Positions 62,009 through 64,000 of a DNA stretch of 64,000 nucleotides are shown here, in pieces. Below the pieces are notes generated by a model. It did not search any database. It saw only the letters and a list, made by a program, of their open reading frames with translations, and was not told the origin of the DNA. The DNA is taken from IMG/VR virus record IMGVR_UViG_3300034073_003542, positions 124,001-188,000 of that record; one strand, 5' to 3'. Within the stretch, counting starts at the first letter, position 1, and every line of letters begins with the position of its first letter. The position numbers and the translations under genes are program-made.

Positions 62009-64000
62009 TGCTGCTCCTATTTTAGTTTCTCTATTACTTGTTCTGGAGAAAATCCTTCGCTTAAAACATCAACGATTTCAAAACTATATCTTTGATGTGA
62101 TCCTGGTGCAATAAACATATTGTCATTTTGACATTGTATGATATCTTTTGCTTTACTGGCTCGAAATTCTACGACATAATACTTCCCAGGAATCAATTTA
62201 GGCTTAGGTTCTGGAATTGGGTTTGAATCAATCCAATCAATTTCTGAAAGATAAAATCCAACACCGCAATGAAAATACCAAGTACCATCAAATCTAATAA
62301 TTACATTAGTTTTATCTCCCCTGAATCTCGCCCAATAATATCCCGGTTTACGTTCCTCTTTGCTCACAAAGCACCTCCAAAAAGTCTCTTACGATTTCTG
62401 TTTCGCTCAACCATCCCCTTAATATCTTTTAGATTCCACTTATTAGCCCACTGAAAATGCCACGCATCACCAAGGGGAAGATGAATCAAAGTTAAAGGCT
62501 TAGACTTAAATACCATATATTGAGCGTATCCATCTGCCACTCCCTCGCGGACTATTTCTCCGCAAAGATCGCCAGAACCATTTGCGAGACACCATTCTCG
62601 CATCTTATCAAGCCATGCTTCTTCACGTTGCTTCCAATTTTCGATTGGAAAAAGGTCGGGCGTTTCTCTTAGTTCTTGCGGCGGCGAATAAATCTGAGCC
62701 ATTATTTTCTCCTGTGTTTCTTGAACGATTCAGTTTTCTACAACAACTTCTTTTGTATTGTTCAATATTCTCAGAAATTTATTACCATCAGTATGAGGAT
62801 CACAACAAACCATAGTAAAATCTTCTCCTCTATAAACCCATTTTGGTAGGAATCGTTGTGTATAAATGCTATCACTATAGTAATCGCCTGTTTCGTTTAC
62901 TAATTCTTCTTTGGTTTTAGCGTAATGTAATTCTCCTCCTCGACCCTCTCCGTCCAATCTCCAATACATTTCGCGGCAATCATCCAAAGGAATAACTACC
63001 CAATCTTCTACATATCCAAAATACTCGTAAATTTTTTGTTGAATTTCAAAGTATTGATCTAACAGCTTCATAGTTGTCTCCGTTGTTCCCTCTATCGTAC
63101 CACACCTTATTGGTTTGTCAAACGCTCACGAAAATCAAGTAATTTATCTAAATGTTTTTGTTCTATATCTGTTCTTTTTCTTTGCCATTTTATTCTATTA
63201 TCCAAATCTTCTTGAGTTGCTAAACGGATATATTTGCATGGTCGTAATCCATAGTACCAATCTTTTGATCCAAACCAACCCTCTGCATAAACGGGATCAT
63301 GTTCTGCCTCAGAAATACATACAACATTACCAGTATAATCATGCAAAGAAGCAATTATATCTCCCTTTTTCCAGTTTGGTTCATTTGTCATTTAAAATAT
63401 CTCCTCGTAATTTACCACGATTCCAACTAATAGGTGAATCTTTCTCCATTTTATCCCAATTAGCATAAATTTCTCGTACCTTCTTCATAGCCTCTTCTTT
63501 GGCTAGTTCGGCGTGTAGTAATTCCATACGAGCATAATACATAGCTTTATGTCTACCTTGTTTGAGAAAAAGAGGTTCTGTTTCTCTTGTTGGAATAGAT
63601 ACTTCTTCATCTTCAAGATCGTATTCCCAAGAAATTAAGTTCATATGCGACATAATAGCCATAAAACTTTCTTGTGGCAACCCTTGAATTTGATCCACAA
63701 TTTTTTGTTCCGCTTCGTTTAGTTTTGGTAAAGGTGCTGTCATTAAATTGCCTCCTCAAATACGTATGACCAATAACGACTATCGGGTTTGTCTTGAATA
63801 CCATCCCAATAGATCGACCTTGCTATATAGGACGGAACCTTTAGTCGCCCACAATTTACTTGCCAATGCCGTTCTAGTTTTTTGTAAAGTTGCAATCCTG
63901 TGCCAGTTTTATACTTCAAATCTTCCGCTCCATACAATCTTAAGATATGAACATCTGAACAAAGAACTCGACACTCATTTGGATGAATCATTTCAAGACT

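Larger units (their letters stand above)
26973..63991 (-). other. Long run of short, abutting hypothetical ORFs typical of a jumbo-phage early/accessory region
   Basis: Dozens of 60-260 aa minus-strand ORFs with ATGA/TAATG overlaps. Further consensus promoters at 38652..38679, 39155..39183, 43236..43263, 49136..49163, 51882..51909, 53309..53336, 54738..54765, 57608..57635, 58225..58252 and 63094..63121. Confidence 0.8.

Noticed and set aside
2045-63804. Most short + strand ORFs and off-frame minus-strand ORFs in the ORF track (e.g. 2045, 4191, 9094, 14192, 17153, 21638, 31324, 38349, 48137, 57124, 58843)
   Set aside because: They are antisense or out-of-frame shadows of well-supported genes, with no motifs or RBS.
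1-64000. Alternative genetic code (stop-codon reassignment)
   Set aside because: Conserved enzymes are full length under code 11, and all three stop codons end genes at tight overlaps.
1-64000. Bacterial chromosome or prophage origin
   Set aside because: No ribosomal or housekeeping operons and no integrase or att site; very high density of short unknown ORFs on one strand, rIIA/B and many consensus early promoters indicate a large lytic-type phage.

Overview
A 64-kb AT-rich segment of a large (jumbo-type) dsDNA tailed phage genome. It is densely packed with short ORFs, and all but three credible genes lie on the minus strand. No capsid, terminase or integrase gene is visible. From left to right the window holds: a glycan-synthesis cluster; a macro domain; a + strand DUF1559/prepilin-type gene; a secreted trypsin-like protease and thioredoxin; ruvB preceded by an unusual Zn-ribbon/RuvA-C-terminal-domain gene; a RepB-type primase; rIIB/rIIA; a PspC mini-protein; ATP-dependent DNA ligase; an Endo VII-type nuclease; a full tmRNA; then about 45 kb of early-type accessory genes. 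These include SLOG, CAP, TrmH, UvsE, ThyX, phosphoesterases, an HD (p)ppGpp hydrolase-like protein, Pth2, Tdk, two RNA ligases, LAGLIDADG/HNH endonucleases, two PEP-CTERM proteins, tRNA-Cys, vWA, NlpC/P60-like, HAD and MYG1. About 24 sigma70-type promoters are visible, most with a 16-nt spacer. DUF1559 plus PEP-CTERM point to a Planctomycetota/PVC host (inference). The strongest novelty candidates are: (1) a non-canonical RuvB loader, (2) an unassigned ~190-nt structured RNA with its own promoter, (3) an array of 6-8 overlapping micro-ORFs with variable bodies and a shared dual-coding C-terminal GYxxGYxTRKI module, and (4) phage-borne PVC envelope proteins. All family calls come from motif recognition by eye; no searches were run.
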